Positions 11,027 through 20,901 of a stretch of DNA of 64,000 nt are shown here, in pieces (the stretch's first letter is position 1; every line of letters starts with the position of its first letter). Location of the stretch: NCBI GenBank assembly GCA_965644495.1, contig CBFFSA010000003.1:434001-498000 (forward strand). Reading direction: 5' to 3'. Source of the DNA: Perkinsela sp. CCAP 1560/9. Lineage: Eukaryota; Protista; Euglenozoa: Kinetoplastea. The notes beneath the pieces are model-generated. The model searched no databases, was not told the DNA's origin, and worked only from the letters and a program-made list of their open reading frames with translations. Made by a program: the position numbers and the translations under genes.

Positions 11027-13987
11027 ATGCAGGGCCATGTTTCGGAGGCTTTAACAGTCCTAACGCAATCTGTTAACGTGCTACGTAAAACCTATTCAGC
11101 TTCGTCGGAGGACGAGGATTATGAAGCTGACGATGCAGAACCGATGTGGTCATGGAACGATATAACATACGACCTTCCTGAACATTGTATTGACGCCTTA
11201 CGATTAGTAAAATCTCTTTTGGTGCGTGAAATGCGATCCATCAACGAGCGTCGAGAATCTTCCCTATATGATGGAACCGGAAAATCTGGTGAAGCGAAAA
11301 CGGCAGAATTACATAGTGCTCGTCACGGAAGTTCTGTTTCATCATCCTACCTGTGCCAGCTTGAGAGATCAAGATTCGTATATATACACAAGGCTCACGT
11401 TATTGCTAATGAACTATTCCCACTTTTGAACTACGCATTACTTACTTTAGGAGAGCAATCTGCGGACAGATTACACGGAGAAGTGACCCTTTCTCGGTGT
11501 GATTCAATTATCCGTGGCTGCCTCAGGGCACTAGTGGCTGCAACTACGCTCTGCGAAGTGGAGACAGAATACGACGAAGCAGAATTGCAAGTCGTAAGGG
11601 AAGAAAGCCTCCAAATGCTACTAAGGAATGCGTCTATGACAGCTACTACTCAATACGCAGTCTCACTGCTACTTGGTTCGTCTCCACTGTGCCCTGATGA
11701 CATGGATTTTATCGAGTTGTCCCTCCTGTATGTTAAGAACATTAGCTTACTCAGAGAGCGCGTGAAAAATTCTCATGAGTATCGCTCAACATACCTACGT
11801 TCCTTATATGACAGTGGGTGTGTTGACTTCCTATTCGTAGCAATGAAGCAAAATAATACTAGCTCTATGGACTGTGAACGACAAATGCGGTGGAACGAGC
11901 TGATTTCTTTTTCGTTGGCGGCCATGTTCAAGCTGGCCGAAACTCCTCTTGACTGGATCTCTCCAGATCAGCCACCAGATGCTGCTCTGGAAAGGAACGA
12001 AACCCAAAGTGTATCGACAGCTTCCCCCAACCGGGAAAATAAGACACTGGACACACCTGTAAACCCAGCGCCGCGTTCGCAAAGTTTCAACACTGAGCTT
12101 CTAATTCGACGAAATGCTGAAGGGCATATGATTCGTAGGCAAGACTTACCGCCACTCGCTCGACTTGAAGAAATTGACAAGAGAAAAATTGTTAGGACAG
12201 GGCCACGGAAAAATACTCAAGCAGCGCCCTTGTACACGAAAGCAATTCAAGAGATGTCTACCCCAGAGCATTTGACCACTCAAAGGGAAAATATTTCAGA
12301 ATTACATACAGGTTTTCACATTGTACGCAAAGTGTTTTCCAATAGCATGTTGACTTTTTTGCAAGGCTGTTTTCAGGATTGGATGCTACACTACGTTCCT
12401 ATTCTGGTGGCATGGTCTTCCAGTGCCGACGATGGGACCGAAAAGTTTGAGGAAAGAGAGGCAATGATGCACGACGACGCGTGCCCCGTTCCTGTAAGAA
12501 GCTTTTTTATTATTCTCGCTGCCGTACTTTGTGCCGTACGCGAATATGGTCGCTCTGATTCGAAGCATTCGCAAGGCACTGAGAACCACTTTGAGACAGT
12601 AGAACTGATAAAAGTGACTCTTCGACTTATTTGGGGAAAAATAACGGAGGGAAGTAAAAATGAGGTACAGGCAACCGGAAGTATAGATTCTTTAGAAAAG
12701 GAATCGTTTGACCCTTTATGCAAAGAATCACATGATGATATTAGCTCACTTAACGAGAATGATACTGAGGAACCTAGTGTGACTCCGCATCATAACGATT
12801 CTACCGAACTTGAAAAAGGGGATTTGGATAGACCTAGTCCGATCTCAAAAATTCCCTACAAGCCTGGTACAATTGGAGCTACCGCACTGCGTGTCTGTAC
12901 GGCAGTTCATTTACGAAAACGGCAAAGGGAAATGACCTTACTTTTGCGCTTTCTTAAAGAATACTTAACTTCCATGGCAGCATTTCCATACTTTCTACCC
13001 GACTCGATAGCGAAGAGTCTGATTCAGGAAGGTAAGTTGTGGGATGGCATTCGTTCATGGATAGGGAAGCGATTTCATCCACGGGTAAGTAGCGAGCCAG
13101 GTTACCTTTCTGATTTGCTACAACTTGTGTATCTAACAACAATAATTTGGCGTAGAGTCGATCCTGAAGATGGCGAAATGTGTGCTGTATTGTCTATTTC
13201 ATCAGATCCTTGGAGTTTATATCCTTACGAACTCGCCCTAAATCAGTGGGATTCGCTCTCATTAGACACCATTCGCTCCATCAAAACACTCTTTTACACG
13301 ATGGTTCATTTGAAGTGCCATGCTCCGCTGGTCAACATGAACTTTTTATTGTTGTATTTCGATATACTGATGAAAACAAAAGAGTGCGAAGTATCGTCTG
13401 TTGCTAGGCGGACCCTATTAGACAATTCTAGTTTTGCACATTTACACACGCAGGCACAAAGTCGAGAACGTCATGAATTACGAGAAATTGCGCTTCAAAT
13501 GACCCGGATCACAGTAGCTGCCATTCGTAAAGTAGGTTTGAAGATATCCTTGCCGAGGCTAATCTTTCCTCTATCGAACTCAACGTGGAAGGAGATAAGC
13601 ACTGTAGCTGCTACGTCAGCTCTTTATGACGACGAATCTCACAAGACGTTAGCACATGCTGAGATAAATATGAGCGAAGGCGAGGCTGAGCATGCATTAA
13701 AGACGATGCAATCATGTACTACTACTGAAAACTTGGATGTTTCCAAGACACAAAACAAGGATAAAATGCTTTTGAAGAATATCAAAAACAAAATTCATCC
13801 CACTTCCGGCAAGACTAAGCATCGTAAAAAAAAGAAGCGTCCACAGAATATCGAACCGATTCCTGAGTACGGTAGTGATAGTTTAGGGTCTGAAGTATCA
13901 TTTTCACTTCACGCTTCTAGTGCAAGAATTGAACGAGATCACGAAACTACAGAAAAGCAATTGGTATCCGAAAGTGACCAATTTTAA
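11027..13987 (+). CDS. Divergent Timeless/Tof1-like protein
   Basis: Order of motifs parallels the Timeless N-terminal domain: 'CIDALRLVKSLL', 'VIANELFPLL', 'CLRALVAAT', 'FIELSLLYVKNI', 'LYDSGCVDFLF', 'WNELISFSLAAMF'; basic NLS-like 'KHRKKKKRP'. The ORF is certain; the family call is by eye. Confidence 0.55.
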   Translation: MQGHVSEALTVLTQSVNVLRKTYSASSEDEDYEADDAEPMWSWNDITYDLPEHCIDALRLVKSLLVREMRSINERRESSLYDGTGKSGEAKTAELHSARHGSSVSSSYLCQLERSRFVYIHKAHVIANELFPLLNYALLTLGEQSADRLHGEVTLSRCDSIIRGCLRALVAATTLCEVETEYDEAELQVVREESLQMLLRNASMTATTQYAVSLLLGSSPLCPDDMDFIELSLLYVKNISLLRERVKNSHEYRSTYLRSLYDSGCVDFLFVAMKQNNTSSMDCERQMRWNELISFSLAAMFKLAETPLDWISPDQPPDAALERNETQSVSTASPNRENKTLDTPVNPAPRSQSFNTELLIRRNAEGHMIRRQDLPPLARLEEIDKRKIVRTGPRKNTQAAPLYTKAIQEMSTPEHLTTQRENISELHTGFHIVRKVFSNSMLTFLQGCFQDWMLHYVPILVAWSSSADDGTEKFEEREAMMHDDACPVPVRSFFIILAAVLCAVREYGRSDSKHSQGTENHFETVELIKVTLRLIWGKITEGSKNEVQATGSIDSLEKESFDPLCKESHDDISSLNENDTEEPSVTPHHNDSTELEKGDLDRPSPISKIPYKPGTIGATALRVCTAVHLRKRQREMTLLLRFLKEYLTSMAAFPYFLPDSIAKSLIQEGKLWDGIRSWIGKRFHPRVSSEPGYLSDLLQLVYLTTIIWRRVDPEDGEMCAVLSISSDPWSLYPYELALNQWDSLSLDTIRSIKTLFYTMVHLKCHAPLVNMNFLLLYFDILMKTKECEVSSVARRTLLDNSSFAHLHTQAQSRERHELREIALQMTRITVAAIRKVGLKISLPRLIFPLSNSTWKEISTVAATSALYDDESHKTLAHAEINMSEGEAEHALKTMQSCTTTENLDVSKTQNKDKMLLKNIKNKIHPTSGKTKHRKKKKRPQNIEPIPEYGSDSLGSEVSFSLHASSARIERDHETTEKQLVSESDQF

Positions 13988-14217
13988 TGTATCAATGGTG
14001 AAGTTGATATTTAGTGTACTGGGGCTCGTTCACACGGATATTTGATGAAAAGTTCAAGTCAAGATTAAAACCTTTTAAGACCTTAAATACCAATATTTAC
14101 CAGTTTTGTGTTCAAAAGCCTGCAGTAAAAACCACGTTTTATGAAGTTTTCCATTTTGTATAGCAAAACACACAGAACTTAGAAGTAGAGTTATTGTTGC
14201 TAAGCTTTTTCTGTATT

Positions 14218-14694
14218 ATGATCAACCGTTGCAGATTTCTGCGGCGCATTCACACAAAGTGGCGTCATCTTCTACATCCGCTCCCCAATAGTGTCCGAAA
14301 GTACGAATGGTTTAAGCGAGACGCTGCAGAAGCCAATGAGGCGACACTACGACGTCCGTACTATGTACTAAAGAGTGTGGAGCCGGAAGTACGAGCAGAG
14401 TACACGCTCAATCATCCCGAAGATTCTGACTACGAACCATACACAAGAATTGTCAATCCTCTTGAAGTGGACGACATGCGACGGGCGACGTTAGTTGCAC
14501 CTGGACAACCAGGCCCGATGCCGGAGTCCGAAGATATCGCCGCCTCTCTGCACAGTGAGGATCCTGCTGGCCAAAAAGAAATACGTCGTATTGCTGATCG
14601 TTGGGCGGGATACAATGCCACTCGACACAAATATTACCATTATTATCCCCGATACCCACACACATTCGAAGCTGTACCACCGCATGTGCAGTAG
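14218..14694 (+). CDS. Small hypothetical protein, probably mitochondrial
   Basis: Short basic presequence-like start 'MINRCRFLRR'; 158 aa on the coding strand. Confidence 0.6.
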   Translation: MINRCRFLRRIHTKWRHLLHPLPNSVRKYEWFKRDAAEANEATLRRPYYVLKSVEPEVRAEYTLNHPEDSDYEPYTRIVNPLEVDDMRRATLVAPGQPGPMPESEDIAASLHSEDPAGQKEIRRIADRWAGYNATRHKYYHYYPRYPHTFEAVPPHVQ

Positions 14695-14885
14695 TTCCCG
14701 TTTTCAGAATCATCTTCCTAGCATATACTGTGACCCCCCTAAACTGTGACCCCCCTATATAGACAAAACAATTGATACTCGTAAAGTCGCAAGATGAATC
14801 AACACGATATGGTCATTACAATATCCTCATCAAGTTTACCTGCATCTAGTTTGATTTATACTCTTTTTTACATATTCTCCTCGCT

Positions 14886-16967
14886 ATGTCAATCGCCACA
14901 GTTCCTCGCATCAAGTACTCCTACGACGAGCTCCAACGTATTCGTCTGCGCGTACGGTCACTACTTGACCTCCAAAGCGGAACCTCCCCGTCCTTCCTCT
15001 CTAGCGGTTTCACTCGCCCGGATCGCCCATCCCGCGTGGAGACTCGATCCCACGTCATCCCCCCACGGTCTCACCTTGACACCGTTCACGACCAAACCCC
15101 CACCATTCCCGAGCACATCCTCTCAACACACAAAATTCTCCACACCACGACACGGAAAACCACCGAAAAATACCCCGCCGAATTCACCTCCCCCTTCCTC
15201 CCCCCTTCCTCCCACCCCTCCTCAACGATCCGCCGCACCGACACCCTCATCAGCACCGACGAACGACACCAGCTTCAACAACTCCGAGAAAAGATCCGTA
15301 CCCACGCCACAGTGCGTACCCCATCCGGACCTGTCCCCGTTATTACCTCTACGCCCCCATCCCATCCCAGTGGCACTACCACCCCCCGTCCCCCCCCTCC
15401 CCCCTCCTCTACCTCTCTCCCTACCCACCCCCCCACGCTGTACAACAAACCCCCCGCACAACATCAACCACAACAACAGCAACAACCGCAACCCCAACAA
15501 ACTCAACAGAAACGCCTAACCTCACAGCAACAACAACAACAACAACAACAGCAACAACTGCACCCTCTCCCCCCTCACGACTACCCCCCACACCTCCCCC
15601 CCTCACTCCCTACCTCCCACACCCCTACCTACAGTACAGCCCTACACACCCAGCTCTCCCAGCTCTCCCAGCTCTCTCCAGTAGCCACAACCACAACAAC
15701 AACTACTACTACTACTACTACGACAACAGCAGCAGCAGCAGCAGCAGCAACCACTACGACGGCTACTCCCCGCATGCCCGGCGCCCCTCTCCTTCCCGGG
15801 GTCTCCTTCCCGCACGGCCACGTCGGGGGGAACCGGTGGCTGACGGCTGCGGCGTACCGCGTGCTGGAGCGTGCGTGCGGGACGGGGTGGCGCGCGGCCT
15901 GGGGGTGCGGGCCGCGGTACGCCCCCGTGGTGGTGCCGGTGCCGTATGCGGTCGGGGAGGGGGAGGGGGAGGGTCCGGGGGGAGGGGAAGGAAAAACGGG
16001 GCAGGGGGTGGGAAACGAGATCAAGACAGGGGAAGGAGGGGGGTTAGAGGGGAGGGAGGAGAAAAAAGGAAAAAAGGGAAAGGGGAAGGGAAAGAAGGGG
16101 AAAGGTGCGGTGGAGGGACGGGAGAGCGATCCTGCGAGTTGTGTGGGGGAGGATGTTTCGAGGTTTGCGCGTGGGGCGTATATGTATGACCCGTGGGCGA
16201 ATGAGATTGGGTATGTGCCGTGGGTGAATCCGATGACAATGTATCACTACCCTCGACGATATGCGCCCTATCTTGAGGATATGGAAGACACGCAGGACAT
16301 TTTGAAATTCGCGTTGAAGTACGACAACGGCCGGTTCTGTTATGCGGATCAAAGGACAAAGAAAAGCAGTACCTCTGTGAAAAAGATAACGAAGGAAACA
16401 GCGACACGAATCACAAGGAAAACAGATGAGAAGCAGAAACCCACTCCTCGCTCGCTGAAGAAGAAAGAAAAGACGAATCTGACGCTCCAGCAAAAGAAAG
16501 CTCATGCGATGACGCTCAAAGATGAAAGTTTCGCATCAGAAAACACGTCTCCCGACCCTGCTTACACAAATTCAAAGGATGTCTCAGTCGGAGACTCGAG
16601 TACAGCCATGATGAATTCGAAAGAGGGGTCTTTAAGTGAACAAGACGCATTGGTTTGCTCTCGCAAGAAAGCTCTTACGCCCGTGATGCGTTCAAAAGCT
16701 TACGTCGTGTGGTTACATGTCATGAATCATCCTAAGCCTCCTTTTCAGCATTCTTATCTTCGAGATGTCAACGATGAAACGGAAGAGCAAGAACTCTTCA
16801 AACTCGTTCATGAGATACCACAGAGGCCGGATCCAGAAAATACTTTGGTTGAAAAACCAACCTACAACTTGAATCTTCGACAGTGGAAGAAATCATTACG
16901 CAAGCTTCAGCCGTTCATTGCCAGTAAGCCGCAAAAGGCTTCTGACGATTTGGAGATTAAAACATAA
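14886..16967 (+). CDS. Low-complexity protein with C-terminal histone stem-loop-binding (SLBP)-like RNA-binding domain
   Basis: 'SRKKALTPVMRSKAYVVWL...PQRPDP...YNLNLRQWKKSL' aligns by eye to SLBP 'RRQKQI...TIAYDRYI...PKTP...WDQQIKLWK..L'; polyQ/T/A and Pro/Gly tracts. Confidence 0.6.
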   Translation: MSIATVPRIKYSYDELQRIRLRVRSLLDLQSGTSPSFLSSGFTRPDRPSRVETRSHVIPPRSHLDTVHDQTPTIPEHILSTHKILHTTTRKTTEKYPAEFTSPFLPPSSHPSSTIRRTDTLISTDERHQLQQLREKIRTHATVRTPSGPVPVITSTPPSHPSGTTTPRPPPPPSSTSLPTHPPTLYNKPPAQHQPQQQQQPQPQQTQQKRLTSQQQQQQQQQQQLHPLPPHDYPPHLPPSLPTSHTPTYSTALHTQLSQLSQLSPVATTTTTTTTTTTTTTAAAAAAATTTTATPRMPGAPLLPGVSFPHGHVGGNRWLTAAAYRVLERACGTGWRAAWGCGPRYAPVVVPVPYAVGEGEGEGPGGGEGKTGQGVGNEIKTGEGGGLEGREEKKGKKGKGKGKKGKGAVEGRESDPASCVGEDVSRFARGAYMYDPWANEIGYVPWVNPMTMYHYPRRYAPYLEDMEDTQDILKFALKYDNGRFCYADQRTKKSSTSVKKITKETATRITRKTDEKQKPTPRSLKKKEKTNLTLQQKKAHAMTLKDESFASENTSPDPAYTNSKDVSVGDSSTAMMNSKEGSLSEQDALVCSRKKALTPVMRSKAYVVWLHVMNHPKPPFQHSYLRDVNDETEEQELFKLVHEIPQRPDPENTLVEKPTYNLNLRQWKKSLRKLQPFIASKPQKASDDLEIKT
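15461..15749 (+). repeat. Coding trinucleotide repeats (CAA/CAG polyQ, ACA/ACT polyT, GCA polyA) plus a 9-bp CCAGCTCTC triplication
   Basis: Seen directly in the sequence. Confidence 0.9.
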
Positions 16968-17353
16968 AAACTGTGACTGAGAGGTAAACGTTCTGTTAGT
17001 GCATATTCAATTTTAAGATTGGACTTCTGTGAAGAGAGGAAAAAACAACATTTTTATTCGTGGAAAAATAACTTATTAATGAGAGACTTTCACAAAGAGA
17101 AACTTATCTGAATGTTGTAAAGTGCTGTGCATTCATTGTTTTAATCGCATAACTTGTGTTCAATATTAGTTAAGTAGGAATCACTACCATATTGACAAGT
17201 TAAAAACACACCATTGCTGTACATTCTATAGAGTATTACTTTTTCCCTAGTATTAGTGGGTTGTTTACTACTCTAATAGATACCGTACATAAGAATCTTA
17301 AAGAGCTATAAATTGCACTTTCTGACACATTGCAGATTTAAGATTTAAGATCC

Positions 17354-20128
17354 ATGTCCGACTTTTCCAGCAAAAAGCACGTGTACTATTTCGGTAATGG
17401 CAAAGCCGAGGGTGACAAAAGCATGAAACACCTCCTCGGGGGTAAAGGGGCGAACTTACAAGAGATGGTTAACATGGGCATTCCGGTTCCCTCCGGCTTT
17501 ACAATCACCACCGAAACTTGCAAAGTTCATGAACAAACTCAAGGAAAACTCACCGATGCTATCCGAAAAGAAATCGTCGATGCGGTACGTCGAATGGAGA
17601 ATGAACTAGGGCGTAAATTTGGAGGAGCAGAACTTCCCCTTCTGGTATCTGTGCGCTCGGGTGCTGCTGCAAGTATGCCCGGCATGATGGATACTGTACT
17701 CAATCTTGGGCTAAATGACGCGAATGTGATTGGCTTTGCGAAAGCGACAAAAAACGAGCATTTCGTGTATGACAGCTTTCGTCGATTTATCGTCATGTAC
17801 GCCGACGTGGTGAAGGGTATTAAACGGGCCGCCTTTGAGGATGCATTGCATAAGGCAAAGGAGAAGCACGGTGCGCGTCAGGACTGTGACTTGAGTGCGG
17901 AGGCACTGAAGTCGCTGGTTCAGACGTTTAAAGGAATTTACGAGCGCGAAGCCGGGGAGAGCTTCCCCCAGGACCCGATGGAACAATTATTCGCATCGAT
18001 CGGTGCTGTGTTCCGAAGCTGGAACAACGAGCGAGCTGTTGTCTATCGTCGCATGTTTAACGTCTCCAGTCTCATTGGCACCGGAGTGAACATCCAAGCC
18101 ATGGTGTTTGGTAACATGTCGACAGATTCCGCCACGGGGGTGTGTTTCAGTCGAAACCCCGCGAACGGGGATCCCGGGTTCTATGGGGAATATTTAATCA
18201 ACGCCCAGGGGGAGGATGTTGTCGCTGGGATTCGTACCCCGCAACAGATGCGTCGGGAGGTATCGCAACGTTGGGCAAGTGAGCGCAGTATCCCGGAGTC
18301 ACGTCGGGAGCGTGATTTTCCCTCCATGGAAGAGAGTATGCCGGAAAACTACCAGAGATTGGTGGATGTAAAGAATAAGCTAGAGCAACACTTTCGTGAC
18401 ATGCAGGACATGGAATTCACCATCGAGCGCGGAAAGCTGTACATCTTGCAGACCCGCAACGGGAAGCGTACGATGTTGGCAGCGACTCGAATTGCCGTGC
18501 AGATGGTTCGAGAAGGGCTGATATCTGAGAAAGAGGCCCTGATGCGGATAGAACCCGGCCAGGTGGATCATCTCCTACATCCGAATCTCGACACTACTGC
18601 GAAGCTTCCACCCAAGTTAACAAAAGGTCTTCCTGCGTCACCTGGTGCGCGTGTCGGTCAAATCGTATTTAGTCCGAAGGACGCAGTGCTCTGGGCTTCC
18701 CAAAACAAAAAAGTGATTTTAGTTCGTGAAGAGACCAGTCCGGAAGACCTTGCGGGTATGAGTGCAGCAGAAGGTATTTTAACCTCTCGTGGAGGAGTCA
18801 CATCTCACGCCGCCGTCGTAGCCCGAGGAATGGGCAAAACATGCGTAAGTGGATGCGGCGAAATGCACATTGAAGAGGCGAAGCGGCTCATGACCATTAA
18901 AGGCAAAACTTTGAAGCAAGGAGACTGGATTACAATCGATGGAAACCGTGGAGATGTGTACGAAGGTAAAGCTAAATTAATGAAAGCGGGTGTTCACGGA
19001 GACTTTCAAGTAATCCTAGGGTACGCGAAAAAGTACAAATCATTGGGTGTGCGCGCGAATGCTGATACTCCGACTGACGCAGCCACGAGCTTCAACTTCG
19101 GGGCCGAAGGAGTTGGTCTATGTCGCACGGAGCACATGTTCTTTGAAGCTGACCGAATCGATGCTGTTCGTGAGATGATCTTGGCGAAAAGCATTGAACA
19201 GCGTCAGGTCGCTTTAGAAAAAATTCTTCCTTTTCAGCAGCGCGATTTCGAAGGTATTTTCAAAGCAATGAAAGGTCAGCCTTGTACTATCCGTCTTCTC
19301 GATCCCCCCTTGCACGAATTTTTACCACATGACTCCCAGGCACAGCAAAAATTAGCTCGCAAGCTAGGAATTTCTGCGTCCGCTATCCAAAAGCGTGTTC
19401 GAGAATTACATGAGTTTAATCCGATGTTGGGACATCGTGGCGTCCGATTAGGCATTACTTTCCCTGAGATTTACAACACACAAGTTCGAGCAATTATGCA
19501 AGCTGCGGTACAAGTTCGAGAGCAATGCGGCTTGGAAGTACATCCGGAAATTATGATTCCACTGGTTGGTAAAAAGGAAGAACTGACATTTTCTCGCGAA
19601 CAGTGCGAGAAGACGTGCCAAGAAGTGCTAAGATCAGTCTCGGAATCCTCTCGCAACGCGATTGGATACACTGTGGGAACTATGATTGAAGTTCCTCGTG
19701 CGGCAATAACAGCAGATGAAATAGCTGCTGAGGCTGATTTTTTTAGCTTTGGTACAAACGATCTGACTCAAATGGGCTGCGGGTTCAGTCGTGATGACTC
19801 TGGTGCCTTTCTCAAGCGGTATGCACAACTTGGAATATACAAGAGAGATCCGTTCATGAGCATTGACCAGAGTGGCATTGGGTCTCTTCTTCTACATGCG
19901 GTCAACAAAGGTCGAAGCGTTAAGCCAAAGATGAAAATGGGTGTCTGCGGCGAACATGGCGGTGATCCCGAGAGCATTGACTTTTTCCATCGTGCTGGCC
20001 TTTCGTATGTTTCCTGCTCTCCGTTTCGCGTTCCAGCGGCCATTATCTCTGCTGCTCGGGCCGCAATCGTCCATGGCCCAATCTCGGCGAATAGCAACGC
20101 AGTAGAACGACACGGTTCAAAACTTTAG
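17354..20128 (+). CDS. PPDK: Pyruvate, phosphate dikinase, glycosomal (PTS1 -SKL)
   Basis: 'LLGGKGANL', 'SVRSGAAASMPGMMDTVLNLG', phospho-His motif 'GGVTSHAAVVARG', 'GVCGEHGGDP'; ends SKL. Confidence 0.98.
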   Translation: MSDFSSKKHVYYFGNGKAEGDKSMKHLLGGKGANLQEMVNMGIPVPSGFTITTETCKVHEQTQGKLTDAIRKEIVDAVRRMENELGRKFGGAELPLLVSVRSGAAASMPGMMDTVLNLGLNDANVIGFAKATKNEHFVYDSFRRFIVMYADVVKGIKRAAFEDALHKAKEKHGARQDCDLSAEALKSLVQTFKGIYEREAGESFPQDPMEQLFASIGAVFRSWNNERAVVYRRMFNVSSLIGTGVNIQAMVFGNMSTDSATGVCFSRNPANGDPGFYGEYLINAQGEDVVAGIRTPQQMRREVSQRWASERSIPESRRERDFPSMEESMPENYQRLVDVKNKLEQHFRDMQDMEFTIERGKLYILQTRNGKRTMLAATRIAVQMVREGLISEKEALMRIEPGQVDHLLHPNLDTTAKLPPKLTKGLPASPGARVGQIVFSPKDAVLWASQNKKVILVREETSPEDLAGMSAAEGILTSRGGVTSHAAVVARGMGKTCVSGCGEMHIEEAKRLMTIKGKTLKQGDWITIDGNRGDVYEGKAKLMKAGVHGDFQVILGYAKKYKSLGVRANADTPTDAATSFNFGAEGVGLCRTEHMFFEADRIDAVREMILAKSIEQRQVALEKILPFQQRDFEGIFKAMKGQPCTIRLLDPPLHEFLPHDSQAQQKLARKLGISASAIQKRVRELHEFNPMLGHRGVRLGITFPEIYNTQVRAIMQAAVQVREQCGLEVHPEIMIPLVGKKEELTFSREQCEKTCQEVLRSVSESSRNAIGYTVGTMIEVPRAAITADEIAAEADFFSFGTNDLTQMGCGFSRDDSGAFLKRYAQLGIYKRDPFMSIDQSGIGSLLLHAVNKGRSVKPKMKMGVCGEHGGDPESIDFFHRAGLSYVSCSPFRVPAAIISAARAAIVHGPISANSNAVERHGSKL

Positions 20129-20901
20129 ATAGCTCTACTTTATGAGTCTTCGACATTGCCTGGTAAGAAAGGTTTCGTTTGGGCTAATTGCTCTCTTCAT
20201 TCTACATATTATTTACTCTAACCTATGATTATAGGCTGCATAGATTTACCGATACACGTGTATTGTTATTAAAATCTACACATTGTCATTACCTTTACAT
20301 AACTGTTTACCCTGAGAATATAGTCTATTTTTGTAACCTTTGGGCTGCAGAATTAGTATGCTTGTACATGGAACAATTTTTTAGAGCAATTTACTTCAAA
20401 AAAATACCTTTTACTATTCAGTTCTCGTAATAGCTGTCAATTTTAAGCTTGGAAAAAACTTTCACGTGAGAACGATTAGGTCGATCGAGAGGTGTTACTT
20501 CGAACATTAAAATACTAAAAATTAGAGCAGATTTTGAGAAGTAAAGTAAACAATATACTAAAATAAATTTTGCAACAGCATAACCAGCAAATTCTAATAT
20601 CGACGCGACTTTTACTCTACACTATGCAGAAGTTAGGCAGGTTTTTAACCATGTTCTTCGTTAAATGCAACCGAATCACCGATTCAGATTTTTGGAATTG
20701 TATCGGGATTCATAAATACTGAATAAATTACTACTAAGTTCGTAAACCAACTCATACTGATTAGAAATGTTTACTTAGAATATGATTGAACAAATTAGAA
20801 TGTGATTGTATGTAGCCGTGACTTACGCAACTATAGTTGAAAAATGTCAAATGTTTAGTGCATTGCGGAACGTCCCTAGTTAGCAGAGCGTCTGTTTTCA
20901 A

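Noticed and set aside
14794-15519. 241-aa alternative-frame ORF
   Set aside because: Low-complexity C-rich overlap of the 693-aa gene.
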